NCBI GenBank assembly: GCA_905178155.1
Contig: CAJINV010000012.1
Location: 553,271-617,270, forward strand
Direction: 5' to 3'
Length of the DNA stretch: 64,000 nucleotides
From: Amoebophrya sp. A120
Taxonomy: Eukaryota; Protista; Dinoflagellata
The position numbers and the translations under genes are program-made. The notes beneath the pieces were generated by a model. It made no database searches, was not told the origin of the DNA, and saw only the letters and a program-made list of their open reading frames with translations. Shown here one piece after another: positions 11,780 to 23,475 of this stretch (its first letter is position 1; each line of letters opens with the position of its first letter).

Positions 11780-13250
11780 TCCGGTAGTGGGTTTTGCGCT
11801 TGCGCGCACACAGATTTTCGTTTGTGTGCGCGCGCGAAGTTGGCGCCGCCCGCGCGTGCGAGCGCGCGCGCCAGGGGGCTGCCCCACACTACACCCGCGC
11901 ACGCGCACAGAGAGTCGGGACAACGAAGGAACAGATTGGGGCGCCGGTCTTCGGTCAACCCTGGTCGCGGTCCTGTGCCCTGCCCCAGGCCACACGCGGG
12001 GGCGCCATGGCCTTCCGTTCGGTGGGGCGCGCCGCGGGCGCCTGCGCGAGCGCGGCGGGCGCTAGGCTCCCCACTTCCTGGGTCCTCAAACGGATGGGTC
12101 ACGGATTCGCTCATGCTGGTTGCTATAAGTTAACTCGGTACGCCGTAACTCTCTTACAAAGGCGGGACAGCGACCCCTCAGGGCCGGAGTCTCAGCGCTC
12201 TCTGCACGAAAGGGGCGGAATTAAGCTTATAGAGCAGCGTCGTACAGCCAGAACGAAGCACCCGCGGGTAATTCTGGCCTGGCCCTGCTTGAGCCAAAAC
12301 GCGGATGGGCCCGCGCGGCCTGGTGCGTAACGTCGGTCCGAACCGGGCGCGGCCGGGTCGGTGGGCCGAAGGGGTGGCGCAGGCGCTCGGCAACTACGCG
12401 ATGACTGGGGCGGGCCACAACAATCGCCGGCCCGCCGCGCCGTTACTTCGGTCTGGCCGACCCTCGCAGCTCTCGCGGTGTCCCTTGCCACCGGCGGGGG
12501 GCGCGTGCTCGCTGGACACCTTGAGGGCAAGCTCCTCCATCAGTGTGCGCGGTTCCGGGATGCCGCTGGCCGGCCGGGCCCCGGGGGGGCGGGGCCGCGT
12601 CGCCAATGGCCTCGGTCCCGCCATCACACACAGGGCGCCACCCCCGGCGACCGGGCCGCGAGATTAGCAACGAAAGACGGACGGGCCCCCGGGCCGCGCT
12701 CCCGGGCCGCGCTATGCCTTGGCTGCAACACGGGCCCCACGCCCCCGCCAACTTTCTCCCGGGAAGGGGGGGCCCGTGGCCGTTCGCATCGCCTCGGCCT
12801 TCTGCCTGTCGGCGAAACACTTGGCAACCTCCCGGAGCTTGGCGCTGCAGGCTTTTGTCGCTGGGGCAGTCTGTGTCGCTTGCGCACCACTTAGAGTGGC
12901 TGCCTCTCACTCGTGCGCACATGGTCGCCAGGGTCTTTGCTCCGTCCTGGGCGGCGTGCCTTCTAGGCTCTCGGCTTCCGCGCTTTCTCGCGACTGGCTC
13001 GCCGGCGAATTAGCTCGCACGGGCTGCCCCGGGGCGTGCGCGCCCGCCCGCGCGTTGTCGCCACCGCCATCGCCCGCCTGCGTTCCCGGTGCCGCGGTGG
13101 CTCGCTGGCGTTGGTCTCGAGGCAGTCGCGCCGGCCTCGCTCGCAATGGCGAGGCGGCCCCTTTGGTAAGGTGCCCCAGCAGAAACAGGGCGGCCGACGA
13201 CCTCCCCGGAGATCATTAACCCCAACAAGTGCCACGCGCGGGCGGTCTTG
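11780..13250. other. Anomalous GC-rich block, no convincing protein
   Basis: Abrupt shift to G/C runs; all six frames give Arg/Ala/Gly/Pro-rich peptides. Confidence 0.6.
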
Positions 13251-13992
13251 GCCTTGATGAGCAGAGCAGCGGCGTAGCTGGTGACGGTGGCGGTAGTCTT
13301 TCCTTCGATAAACCACCGAAGAAGCCCAGGCGCAACGCTTCCGGAAAATGCGCAACACCTGCGACCCGCGAAGCTTGCGATGAGTGCGCAAGCGCTTGCG
13401 ATGGGCAACAGCTGACGATCCACAACAAAAACTACTACCTCTTCCTCTGCGGAACCCCACACAGCGCGATCCTAGCATGAACAGAAAGCAAGCAACACTA
13501 CTGTGACGCTTCTGTGCGTAGTCCACAGAAGTGCAACCACGCTTGTAGTTTGTCCTAATTCACTTCTTTCCAGTTCATTTTTCAACTGTCGTGATTATTG
13601 TACACGGCCTTGCTTGAAGTTGAAGCAATCAACAAGTGGTGATTTTGCATTCTTGTAGTTTAATCACATCCTACATAGGTACAAGACATTGATTTGTGCT
13701 TTCTTCTCAGGTCCATAATTTCCTAATTGCAGCATTCTTCCAAAAAATCTGTATTCCCGAATGAAAATTTGATTTCAAAAAAAGTTGCTTACAGCCGCCG
13801 CGCTAGGACGAGCAGCAAATCACTGCTGCTTTTTGGCAAAGATTTTGCGCCACAGGTAAAAAGATTTGGACTTCTAAATGGCAATGGGTTCTTCATCTAT
13901 TTCGTTCTCCTTGTCTACTTTCTTGCTTCAGCTTCTTCGAATTGGTTCTATCCGTGTAAACTGGCCAACAAACGCAAAACTTGACGCTTTCA

Positions 13993-16900
13993 TCAATGCT
14001 GAAACTCGTCTTCGTGTATCGGCGGCTGACAATCTTCCACCTTCGTCGGGTGATAGCCCGCAAACTCCGGTAGGTTCTTGCCCCACTCCGGTGCTTGGGA
14101 CAAGCCGCCCTGCATTTGGCGGTACCACTCTGGGGCGTCATTGTCGTAGTAGAGACCTGAGAATGAGATTGTCAGTATTTGCATTGCAATTATAGTAGAT
14201 ACAAAGGCATGACAACTGTAATCCAGAAAGCGCACAGTTCTACGCATGACACATTCCTTAAAACGCAACACAGAGTTTAGAAGCGACATCATGTTGAAGC
14301 TGCTCAAAAAAACAACTTCTGTACAGCCGCTGGGCATATCTACATTCCCCTCGCACGCAAACCGCTTCGCACTGGTGTACGTCAGCCCCGCGATTTTTCT
14401 TCTTCTGCAGCCGAGGTCGAAGTGCGTTCTCTCGTCTCCGGATAACTGCCGGAAAAACACGGAACAAACGTCCGCACGACACGTGCTGTGCATCGTGTTC
14501 ACCACCGGGTTTTGCCACACACAACGCCCCTGGACGCAGATGTATCCTGGTTTGTCACAGTTCACGTTTTGGCAGGCAATCTGCGCCTCCGTTTGCCCGC
14601 TGCCGCCGATTTTCTCCATCTTCGCGTGGGTGGCGTTTTGGTACTGAAAATGGAACCCGGGCCATTGCTTCTCTTGTTTCTCCACGTCATCGGTTTCTTT
14701 TTGTTTTTCATCGGTGGATTTCATGGGGATCGATCCTACCGGCTCCTCCTCCACCCCCTTGATGTTCCCGTCGGTTAAATACTTCTCGGTTTGCTTCTCC
14801 GTTAACTTCCTGATTTGCGGCGGTCCGGAGAAATTTTCGTACACGCCGACCCAGCCGTTTTCGGTCAACATGTAGATCTGCTTCCGGCGGTTGATCATTT
14901 TCATTGCATTCGTGATTTGCGGAAGAATTGGTGCGGTATTGACGGACGAGGAGAGGGTGGTCGACGTTGTTGGGGCTATTCTAGAAGTGGTGGATGATGA
15001 GCTTGTAGCAGCTCTGCCTTCTTCCAGCAGTGTGACTGGTTCTTCCTCCTCTGCTCGACCACCGGGGCCTGCTGCTGCCGCCATTTCCCCGGGTGGTCTA
15101 CTCCCAAGAGAGCCATCTCTTTCTCCTCTTGAACTCGCTTTCCGGAACATTTTCCCGAACAGTTTCGGCTCGGCTTTCGGGACATCGTTCCCTGCCTCAT
15201 CCACGACCGCGGTCACGACTTTTTATCAACTGCAAAAATGTCTGGGTCTGGAAGACTTTGACACCTTTCATGCACGTTTTGCATGAGCCATGATGTCTGT
15301 GATGCATACCCTAGCAATACAGAATTTTTGAGGGCTTCTTGATGTCTATTCCGCATGACAAATGCCTTCTCAGCGTAGCAAAAATTGCATTCTGGTTGCT
15401 ACTCATGCAATACAGATTTTTTTAGAATCCAAATACAGCATCACAAGTTGCATTCTTCCAGACCCAGACATTTTTGCAGTTCATACTTTCACGTCCTGCG
15501 CGACAAAAATCTCCCCCGGCTCCAAGCTTCTTTTCGTTGGTAGTTGCGCGATGAAGACTTTCAAGCCACAAATTGCCAGCGGTGCGGACTTCAACTCGGC
15601 GGAGCCCTCGTCGGTATTCCCTTGTTTCTTGATTTCGATTTCTCCGATTTCCCGCATAATAGAAATGTCCGTTCCATTCCCATCTCCTTCGAGTAAAGTT
15701 TTGATTCTATCTGGTTTCTGCTCGTAGAGTTCCTTGTCGAAGAAAATTCTCGCCGTATCTAAACCTTTCGGGAGCATCGGGTCATTCACCAGTCGTATTC
15801 TCGTTACAAACTTCTTCCCGCTCGTCAAGCTGATTTTCAAAGACTGCTCGTGCCGGAAACCAGTGCGGGAACAGATGGTTTTCAAAAATTCGTCCCCCGG
15901 CTGCTCTAACGGATTTTTAGTTGGAATCGCTGCTGCAGCGGACGATGAAAATTGGGCCAGCTTCGCCCGTTCCTTCGCAACTATCAAATCGCTCTGCAAC
16001 TGCGTGATGTTCGTGATTTTTGGCTCCTCCCCCTCCTCCTCCAGCAGATTCCCCGGTTTCATGTCCCCAACGAAGCTGGTTTGTTTCAGCTTCAACTCCT
16101 TCTTATGCTCCGCAAAAGCATCGCTCTCGTACCAATTGCATTACAGCATGACAAATCGGGTCTGTTACCTGAACCAGCATTACAAATGGCATTTTTCCTT
16201 CTGCAAAAATTTGTCATGCAATTTTTACGAGTGCGATAGTCTTGCAATCCATACTTTTTCGGCAGTTGCAAATCCCCCTCCGCCGTTTCCTTCCCTAGCG
16301 GCTTGCCCTTCTTTGGCTCGAGGTACGGAATGCCGGTGGTTTGGTCGTCGACTGGGGTCGAGTATGCATCGCAAAAGCACTCGTAGCAATCGCAATCATG
16401 CATTACAATTCTAGTTGTCAAGGCAAATTGCATATACAAATTCAATTTGTAATGACCAATGAGAAGCCAATTTGTATTGCAATTTCTACTAGTACGTGTA
16501 CGATACCCTTGCAATCCATATCCAGTAGCGTTTAATTAACGCCGGGACGGGGGAAGTTTTTTTCGGAAAAATCTGGTAGTAATTCGCTTGGCCGAGGATG
16601 GTCGGAAGGAATTCCGTTTTCGAAGCTAATTCCCTTTCGTAAATTGTTTCGACAAAATTCCCGGCTTTCTCGATCAGCGACACGCGGATGTTGCGCTGCT
16701 GTTTGATTCTGTTGGTTTTTGATGCTAGGGTTTGTTGTTCGGATTTTTCAGTTGCAGTTCTTCGGCTCTGTTCCGTGAGACCGGTTTTCACTACTTGGAA
16801 GCCGAGCTGCTCGCTTGTTTCGGGACCGTCCGGGGTGGGCGCGGTAGAAATTTTCGCATCGGAACCTGCGCCTGCTGCTACAGCTTGCGTCGATTGTTCA

Positions 16901-18980
16901 CCAGCATCACCATCCCCGAATCCAAACAGCGCTGCAATCGCCGCTGCATCTCCTTCAAATCCGGCTGCCGCGTATCACAAGAAAAAGTGTTCACGTCAAC
17001 GGTTTTCACAGATTGCAGTCATGCATCACAAATGTGGCCCAATATGCATGCTATGCATGACAAATTTCATTGGCGCGTTTAGTGATGCGCTGCTGTATTA
17101 CAAATTCCATTAAGGTTAACACTTTTTCCTCTGATAACGCGTCCCCTGGTTCAAAGCTCCCCACTGGCGGAACATACAAGCCGTAGTGCGACCTGGGTTT
17201 ACTCGACCGGTCAATCCACGCGAAAACGCCGGACTCGGGATGAAGCACCCGGATCCGCACGCAACTCTTGTCGCGCTTAACGCCCGGGGGTGGTGCTGGC
17301 GTTTTAGTGTCGGTTGTTGCTTGGTCCGCGTCTGTTGTGGCTTTTGCATCTTCCGACTTTGTATTCATTGCAAAAGTATCGCACTCGTATAAATGCATTA
17401 CAAATTTCCTCAGCATGAGAAATGAAATTTGTAATGCTGATTTGCTTTAACAAACAGATTTGTAATGCTCGACTGCAATACGAGTACGATACATTCGCAC
17501 AGGATACTTTGACGTTTTCGAATACGGGTAGTGGTTCACGAACAAGTCAAACACGCTGGTGAGAAAGGGGCTCGGGGTATCCCCTGAAAAGTAACCACCC
17601 CCATCCAGTTTGTCATGCAAAACATGTAGCAAGTTCTGTGTTTGTCATGCAAAAAGTGGATGGGGATGGTTAATGAATTTTCAGGAAATACGGGGGGCGG
17701 AGGTAGTCTTTGGCGAAGGCTGATAGGTGCTGTTCCACCGTCTTCCGCTGCCTGGGGACATTTAAACCGGACTGTCTTTTCACCGCTTCGTCTAAATCTT
17801 CCTTACTCATTCCGTCGAAGTTGGGATGATGCTCAGCACTTGTTGTCGTTCTTGTTTCCATCGCTTTATTATTATTTTCATTCCGCACTTCATCTTCGTG
17901 TTCTGCATGGTCTTCGGCTACGCTCCTGTCGCGGCCTGTACTCGTCTGAGCAGAGTTCACCTTCTCCCGGCGCCCCTGTATTCTCTTCATATCGGCTTGC
18001 CGCTTTTGGTTGTTCTTTTCACTCGCGATCTGACCGAGTGAAGCTGGCCGTGGGGCTGAAAGAGCTTGCTCATTGTTCCTATCACTTTTGGGTCTTTGCT
18101 GGAGTGCAGCGAGCAAACCAATGTTGTTACCCGCAGCCGCTGTTCCAGGCCCGACCTGATCATCGAGACAGTCCACTTGCAGCATGTTCTGCATTGCTTC
18201 GTCAGCGGCGGCTCCGTTCAAAGCCGCTAAGAGTGCCTGCATGTCCTTGTTGAGCAATAAGCGTTCAAAATCCCCGTCTTCTGCGACCGTCTTAATGAAG
18301 TCCGCAAAGGATTTCGGGTTTGGAAATTGCAAGTTGTCTGGCAAAAAGGAAACGCTGGTGTAGTTTCCCGCAAGCGTTTTCACAGCGTGATCATAGACGG
18401 CAAAATTCTTCGGAAGGATAGGCGGAGAGACCTCCCCTGTGACTGGGTCGGTCGTTTGTGTAGTGGAGTTGGTCAAAAACGCGATTACCATGCGGAGAAG
18501 TTCTGGTCCTCCAGAGGGTGGTGGCGCTGGGATTTTCCCTTTGTGCAGCTTTTTCTCCTCTTTTTTACTCCTTACCCGCTGCACGTACGTTTTCTGCCGA
18601 TTGCGGTTCAGCATTTGGAGGTTATTCTGGAGCTGTAGAAACGCAGCGGCAGCTGCTTTCGGTCCACTAGAATTCAAGTCGCTACCGCTGGCGCCATCTT
18701 CACTCCCGGCTGCTTGCTCTTTTTCCTCGGGCGGCATACTTGCGGTTTTATTTCTCGGAGCAGATGCTTTTGGTAGTAATGCGTGTGCTTCCAAGTACTC
18801 GATTGGTACATACCGGGTGTAGAACTCCAGCAAGTGACTCCGCTCCGCCTCCGAACTGGCGGCGAGAATCCCCTTCTGCAGAAAGTAGGACTGCACAAGC
18901 TGGGTCGGCATTTTCAGTGCTGTTGCTCCGTCTTCTGGTGCTAGATTCGTCGCCTTGCTCAAACTTGTACTGCACAACAA
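13993..18980 (-). CDS. Large hypothetical protein with Cys-rich C-terminal part, at least 7 exons; 5' end probably further upstream (~19550, hydrophobic segment)
   Basis: Six ORFs and an extra exon join into one frame after removing six TIR elements plus 5 bp each (RPP|SPF, TSK|SED, GDA|SAG, RYW|TPV, PKK|ELK, DVK|VVT). C-terminal CQNVNCDKPGYICVQGRCV. Confidence 0.8.
15224..15485. mobile_element. TIR introner, family A
   Basis: Ends TATCAACTGCAAAAATGTCTGGGTCTGGAAG ... CTTCCAGACCCAGACATTTTTGCAGTTCATA; flanks CTTTT/CTTTC; frame restored. Confidence 0.92.
16104..16253. mobile_element. TIR introner, family B
   Basis: Ends TATGCTCCGCAAAAGCATCGC ... GCGATAGTCTTGCAATCCATA; flanks CTTCT/CTTTT; frame restored. 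Confidence 0.88.
16363..16520. mobile_element. TIR introner, family B
   Basis: Ends TATGCATCGCAAAAG ... CCCTTGCAATCCATA; flanks TCGAG/TCCAG; frame restored. Confidence 0.85.
16973..17136. mobile_element. TIR introner, family C
   Basis: Ends TATCACAAGAAAAAGTGTT ... AACACTTTTTCCTCTGATA; flanks CCGCG/ACGCG; frame restored. Confidence 0.88.
17362..17506. mobile_element. TIR introner, family B
   Basis: Ends TATTCATTGCAAAAGTATCGCACTCGTAT ... ATACGAGTACGATACATTCGCACAGGATA; perfect CTTTG duplication; frame restored. Confidence 0.9.
17578..17690. mobile_element. TIR introner, family D (113 bp, the smallest)
   Basis: Ends TATCCCCTGAAAAGTAACCACCCCCATCCA ... TGGATGGGGATGGTTAATGAATTTTCAGGAAATA; perfect CGGGG duplication; frame restored. 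Confidence 0.88.
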
Positions 18981-20370
18981 GCCCAGGTCTGCTGTACCAA
19001 TGAAGACTTGCGAGTTCTCCGGCAGAAAGGACCGGATTTCGGGGCAGCCCTGGAGATTTTTTGTTTTTCAAAAATCAAGCAACATGCTGAAGAACAACTC
19101 CCGCGTTGCAGCGCAGTGTGGCAAACTAAATTCTTCAATCATGAGGACGAGGAGGCAGGAAACAAAAAAAAACGTTTTTTTTTTACTACATAACTGCCTT
19201 GTTCGTAAAAAATCCATACGTCCGTGAAATTTTCGTGCATTGCATCCGCCACGTGGAACGGTTGCCCAAAAAACGCGGATACGCTCCCCTGATGCGTGTC
19301 GTCCAGGGAATTCGGTTGTGCGGAGAGGGGAATGTGCAACTCCGGGTCTGGGGCGGTGAAGGGAGGGATTTTATTTTGCAGGGAGACACCGAGCACGGCC
19401 TGGGGGAACTGCAAAGCGGGGAAAAACGAAAAGGACTGGTAGATGAACAAGTTCCACATCAGCACTAACACGGTCGTCACGATTCCAAAGAAGCACCTCC
19501 GCAGCAAGAAGCTTTCTCGCAGAGAACCAGGTATAAAAGAGGACATCAAGTAGAAGAAGTCGTGCAAGTTGCTGCGTCTGCGGAGCAACATCACGGACCG
19601 CGCAGAGAAGGTGGCTCTTATCCGACGCGGCAACGCAAGCAGCCCTTTGGTCCTCTCCGGTAGAAGTACCTGCACCGCCACAGCTTTGGGACCAAAATGT
19701 TCGTGCTTCTGCCGGACCACATGATCGACGCTTCTTCGACGTTTTCCGCCCCGAAAGCAGAGTTGCTTACGCATATTTCCAACTTGATCTCGGTCCCTCC
19801 TGGCGCTCCCGTCGGCCGACGCTGTTGTCCGCTTGCTCTCCCTGCTCATTGGCATGGTTCTGTGCTCGAGCTCGCCTTGGTGTCGACGTCCGCATGGCAG
19901 CGGTAGTAGCCGCTGCAGCACTTTTTCAGAACATACACCGCGAGGACGCCGGAGAAACTCATCGCCCGGCCGCGCCGGCCTGGGCCGGCCGGACTTATCG
20001 TACTGCAACATGCAGCTTCCGCATCGTGCTAAAGTGGGTTCGTTGTACGCACTTTTGCGATCCTCCTAGATCTCGACATGTCATCTCTACGGTTACAGCG
20101 CTCTCTCACTACACTCTACTTCCTGACCACTCACTCGTCTCCCCCATGAATCTTCTCAACTCGCCTACTACTAGAGCAAACACCGAATTGAGCAGAACAC
20201 TTGATGTGTTGCATTTCGCGTAGCTGCAAACACGGCCCCACGACAGGTGGGTGTCGTTCTCGTTGTCCTGCTAGACTGGGTTCTTGAAGCTATTTTTCAC
20301 TTTTTCCATTTCATTTCGATGTTTTTCTGTTCATCATGTTGGTCATGGCTCCTGGCTGTTCAACATGTAG

Positions 20371-23300
20371 TTTCGTTCCACCATGATCACCCACGAAAAC
20401 ATCTACTTTCATGTATGAGATTTCTTCACTCACCTCTTTGATGTGCCTTTTTACTTTCTAAACTCGTGCTGGGACACGATATTACATTTTCACCGTGTTT
20501 GTCAGTTTACAACCCTGACATAGAAAAAGTTAAAAGTTTTATGTACCAAAAACCAGCCGCACCATGTTAGCGCAACCCCTGGTTCCCCCAAAATAGTTAC
20601 GGCTAGGACGACCGTGTCTGTAATTGCAAGCCCAGCATCATAAAAAATGCTAAGGTCGCCTGCTCTCCATCCATGTGGTACTTTGTCAGTTGTGGTCCTC
20701 TACTGTACGGAAGAATTTTCCTGGGCTCTGTGGTCGACGTCAAACCTATGACGCCGAACACAAAGAGAGGAAATTGGAAAGTCGGTTTGGATAGAAGTCA
20801 GGAGCTCCAACGAGAAAGCTCCTGCCTTTTTGGTTGGTCGGTAACCTCCTCGTCGGCAGAGAAGGTTTTGGTTGCAATCAGGAGCGATAAAACCGCCCGA
20901 AAGTAGCAACACCCTGACCACCTTATTATTCCCAAAGTAGGAAGACCTACCAAACAAAAGTTCGAAGGGAAAGAAATAGATGTAGAAATGCTTTAAAGCA
21001 TAGAAAGATGTTGAAAACATCAAGAAAAAGGGACTACTAAGAACTCACTTACTACACAAACGGGATAAAAATAAAACCAACCACGTTGTTTAGGAGAACA
21101 GGTTGCGCTCCCGCTTGCCAAAATCCACATTTCCTATGTGAATAGGGGAAAAAAAAAGATGTTGTAAAAATAGGATTAAGTACATGAGGAAGTGGAAGTG
21201 GAAAGTAGTAGTGAGAAAAAATATGCTGTAGTCCACCTCGGAAAAGGTATAATAGAAAAAGATTGAATGAAAGATGTTCAAGAGCTTCAATATCAGTTCG
21301 GTCATGGGATAGTGGCGCCAACAAATAGAGTGTATTTTTTTGTAAGTATGTTGTGAGGGCTGGAGAAGTCGTGACGCTATGCCCATCAATCTACTTTCAA
21401 TACTACTTCTGTCACAACTGGCCCATAATGAATGTATGAAATAATACTTACGGCGATACCGTGGCGGCGCACCGCATTTGAAATACTTAGACGTGAAAAA
21501 GATCCAAATGGAACAAATGGTATGGCCCAGTCTTTAGCAAGTGGATTACGATCATACAGTCAGCTTCTCAACTTTGTAAAATTATATCGTGGATTGTATA
21601 CTTCGTTTTTGTACTTGTTTCGTTGTAAGTATCTATAGCTTTATTTCTTCAATGGTCGGAAGCGGAACGAAATTCGCATTCCCTGAAAGAAATCCTGTCA
21701 TCATCGTCTGTAAAAAATAGTTGCAGTCGTGGCGGCTGTCTGCCTTTTCTCTGCGTCCCGCTGGCCTCGAAACGTCCAAAAATCTCCTGCAATTATTGCT
21801 GGGCACATGATTCTGCTTGAATGTCCCGAAACTCCTTGAAAACGTTCGTCACCCGAGTTGCGACTGAGTGTCGTTCCGCACCTCCGGGGCGGTAGTTCCC
21901 AACCACACATGGCTTCTGGCTATTTATGTACTTTCGTTCCACCATGATCACCCACGAAAACATCTACTTTCATGTATGAGATTTCTTCATTCACCTCTTT
22001 GATGCGCCTTTTGACTTTCTAAACTCGTGCTGGGACGAGACGATACATGTCCACCGTCATTGTCAGTTTACAACCCTGACATAGAAAAAGGTTAAATTAA
22101 CCTTAATGTGCCCTGACATTAATAATGTTTTAAAAACCAGCTGCCGCGCCATGTTAGCGCAACCCCAGTTTTCCCCAAAACAATTACGACTAGGACGACT
22201 GTGTCTGTAACTACAAGCCCAGCATCACAAAAAATGCGAAGGCCAGCTGCTCTCCACGACCCATGTCGTACTTTGTCGGTTGCGGTCCTCTACTGTGTAG
22301 AAGAATTTCTCTGGGCTCTGTGGTCGACGTCAATCTTATGACGCCGAAACGCAAAGAGAGGAAGTTGAAAAGTCGGTATCGGTAGAAGAAGTGTGGCAGA
22401 CAAGGTTTTGGTTGCAATCAGGAGCGATAAAACCGCCCGAAAGTAGCAACACCCTGACCACCTTATTATTCCCAAAGTAGGAAGACCTACCAAACAAAAG
22501 TTCGAAGGGAAAGAAATAGATGTAGAAATGCTTTAAAGCATAGAAAGATGTTGAAAACATCAAGAAAAAGGGACTACTAAGAACTCACTTACTACACAAA
22601 CGGGATAAAAATAAAACCAACCACGTTGTTTAGGAGAACAGGTTGCGCTCCCGCTTGCCAAAATCCACATTTCCTATGTGAATAGGGGAAAAAAAAAGAT
22701 GTTGTAAAAATAGGATTAAGTACATGAGGAAGTGGAAGTGGGAAGTAGTAGTGAGAAAAAATGTGCTGTAGTCCATCTCGGAAAAGGTATAGTAGAAAAA
22801 GATTGAATGAAAGCTGTTCAAGAGCTTCAATATCAGTTCGGTCATGGGACGATGGTGCCGCCGCGCGAGCAACAGATGTAATGTGTTTTTTGTAAGTATG
22901 TTGTGAGGGCTCCTGGAGAAATCGTGACGCTATGCTCATCTTTCGATCTACCTTCACTGCTACTGTCACAACTGGCCCATAGTCAATGTATGAAATAGTA
23001 CTTACGCTTACGCTTACCGCGATACCGTGGCGGCGCACCGCATTTGAAATATACGTGAAGGAGATCCAAATGGAAATGGTATGGCCCAGTTTTTAGTAAG
23101 TAAGTGGATCACGATGGTGTACAGTCAGCTTCATCTCAACTTTCTAAAATTATTATATCCTGGATTGTTACAACTTCGTTGTTGTACTTGTTTCGTTGTA
23201 AGTATCTATAGCTTTTCTTCAACGGTCGGAACGAAATTCGCATTCCTTGAAAGAAATCCTGTCATCATCGTCTGTAAAGAGTTGCAGCGGCGGCTGTCTG

Positions 23301-23475
23301 CCTATAATTTGCGTCCCCTCGCTGTCCTCGAAACGAAATAACCCCCCTGCAATTATTGCTGGGGACATGAGATGTCCTGAAGCTCCTTGACAACATTCGT
23401 CACCCGAGTTGCGACTGACTGTCGGCCTTCGTGTTCTGCACCTCCGGGGCAGTGCCCAGCCACACAGGGCTCTGC
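20371..23475. repeat. Tandem duplication (~1.55 kb) of a gene 3' end plus downstream region
   Basis: TTTCGTTCCACCATGATCACCCACGAAAACATC at ~20371 and ~21932; segment ~21790-21920 is a diverged copy of the last codons of ORF 23353-24180. Confidence 0.92.

Noticed and set aside
14155-14325. Likely in-frame intron inside ORF 13993-15216 with two GCATGACA motifs
   Set aside because: No TIR pair or duplication could be defined; borders ambiguous.
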